NCBI GenBank assembly: GCA_963737155.1
Contig: CAVTRN010000002.1
Location: forward strand, 1,248,001 to 1,312,000
Direction of reading: 5' to 3'
Source: Nitrospirota bacterium
GTDB taxonomy: Bacteria > Nitrospirota > UBA9217
Length of the DNA stretch: 64,000 nucleotides
The notes under the pieces were generated by a model. That model was given only the letters and a program-made list of their open reading frames with translations, ran no database searches and was not told the DNA's origin. Made by a program: the position numbers and the translations under genes. Numbering within the stretch: position 1 is the stretch's first letter; the number at the start of each line of letters is the position of its first letter. Positions 63,573-64,000 of the stretch are shown piece after piece.

Positions 63573-64000
63573 ATGTGCCGCGGCTTTACCTTAATCGAAA
63601 TGATCGTCGTGATGGTGATCATGGGGATTCTCGCAAGCGCAGTATTACCTTTGTCGCGCATGACCGCAAAACGTGCGAAAGAAATAGAGCTTAGAAGCGG
63701 TCTAAGAACGCTGCGTACGGCGATCGATGCGTTCCAGAAAGACTGTATCGAGAAAAGACTGGCAAGTGATTATTGCGATCCCGAGCAGGATAATTACCCT
63801 GAATCGCTCGAACAGTTGACGAAGCCTCTGGATTTGACCGGCTCGGTAGCAGGCAAAACCAAAAAGTATTTGAGGACAATTCCGCGCGATCCCATGACTC
63901 CGCTTGATTCGCCCGACAATCCAAACAACTGGGGTCTTCGTTCCTACAGCGATGAGCCTGATTCCGCGCAATGGGGCGGCGGCAATGTATTCGACATTTA
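63573..64000 (+). CDS. Type II secretion pseudopilin (GspG-like), 3' truncated by the window edge
   Basis: Prepilin site RGFTLIEM, E.ELR..L...R.AID, YPESLEQL, LRTIPRDPM; alternative start at 63477. Confidence 0.88.
   Translation, partial: MCRGFTLIEMIVVMVIMGILASAVLPLSRMTAKRAKEIELRSGLRTLRTAIDAFQKDCIEKRLASDYCDPEQDNYPESLEQLTKPLDLTGSVAGKTKKYLRTIPRDPMTPLDSPDNPNNWGLRSYSDEPDSAQWGGGNVFDI

Overview
Bacterial chromosomal window whose gene order resembles Nitrospirota/deltaproteobacterial genomes (inferred from synteny only). Most of it is housekeeping: hisC-aroF-tyrA-aroA-cmk-ispH-rpsA-sppA-ihfB; rluB, acyP, tsaB-rimI; ilvD-ilvB-ilvN-ilvC-psd-pssA-leuACDB-asd-asd; pyrF-pyrE; an RpoD-like sigma factor; and the start of a PilMNO/secretin/pseudopilin (T2SS-like) operon. 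Respiratory genes include a six-gene Qrc/alternative complex III-like cluster and a stand-alone decaheme cytochrome. The most unusual locus is an IS200/IS605 element with both ends recognisable (9899-12432, minus strand). Its tnpB reconstructs to about 616 aa with all three RuvC acidic motifs, much longer than typical ~400-aa TnpB. It carries three readable lesions: a nonsense codon in tnpA, a 7-bp duplication frameshift in tnpB, and an exactly in-frame 144-bp palindrome-ended mini-element nested in tnpB. A second mini-element, a second tnpB remnant, group II intron fragments, a probable integron-integrase N-terminal fragment and several decayed genes lie in intergenic gaps. Five genes have promoter geometry that predicts leaderless mRNAs. 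No CRISPR array, rRNA or tRNA was recognised. All family assignments are by motif recognition, without database searches.
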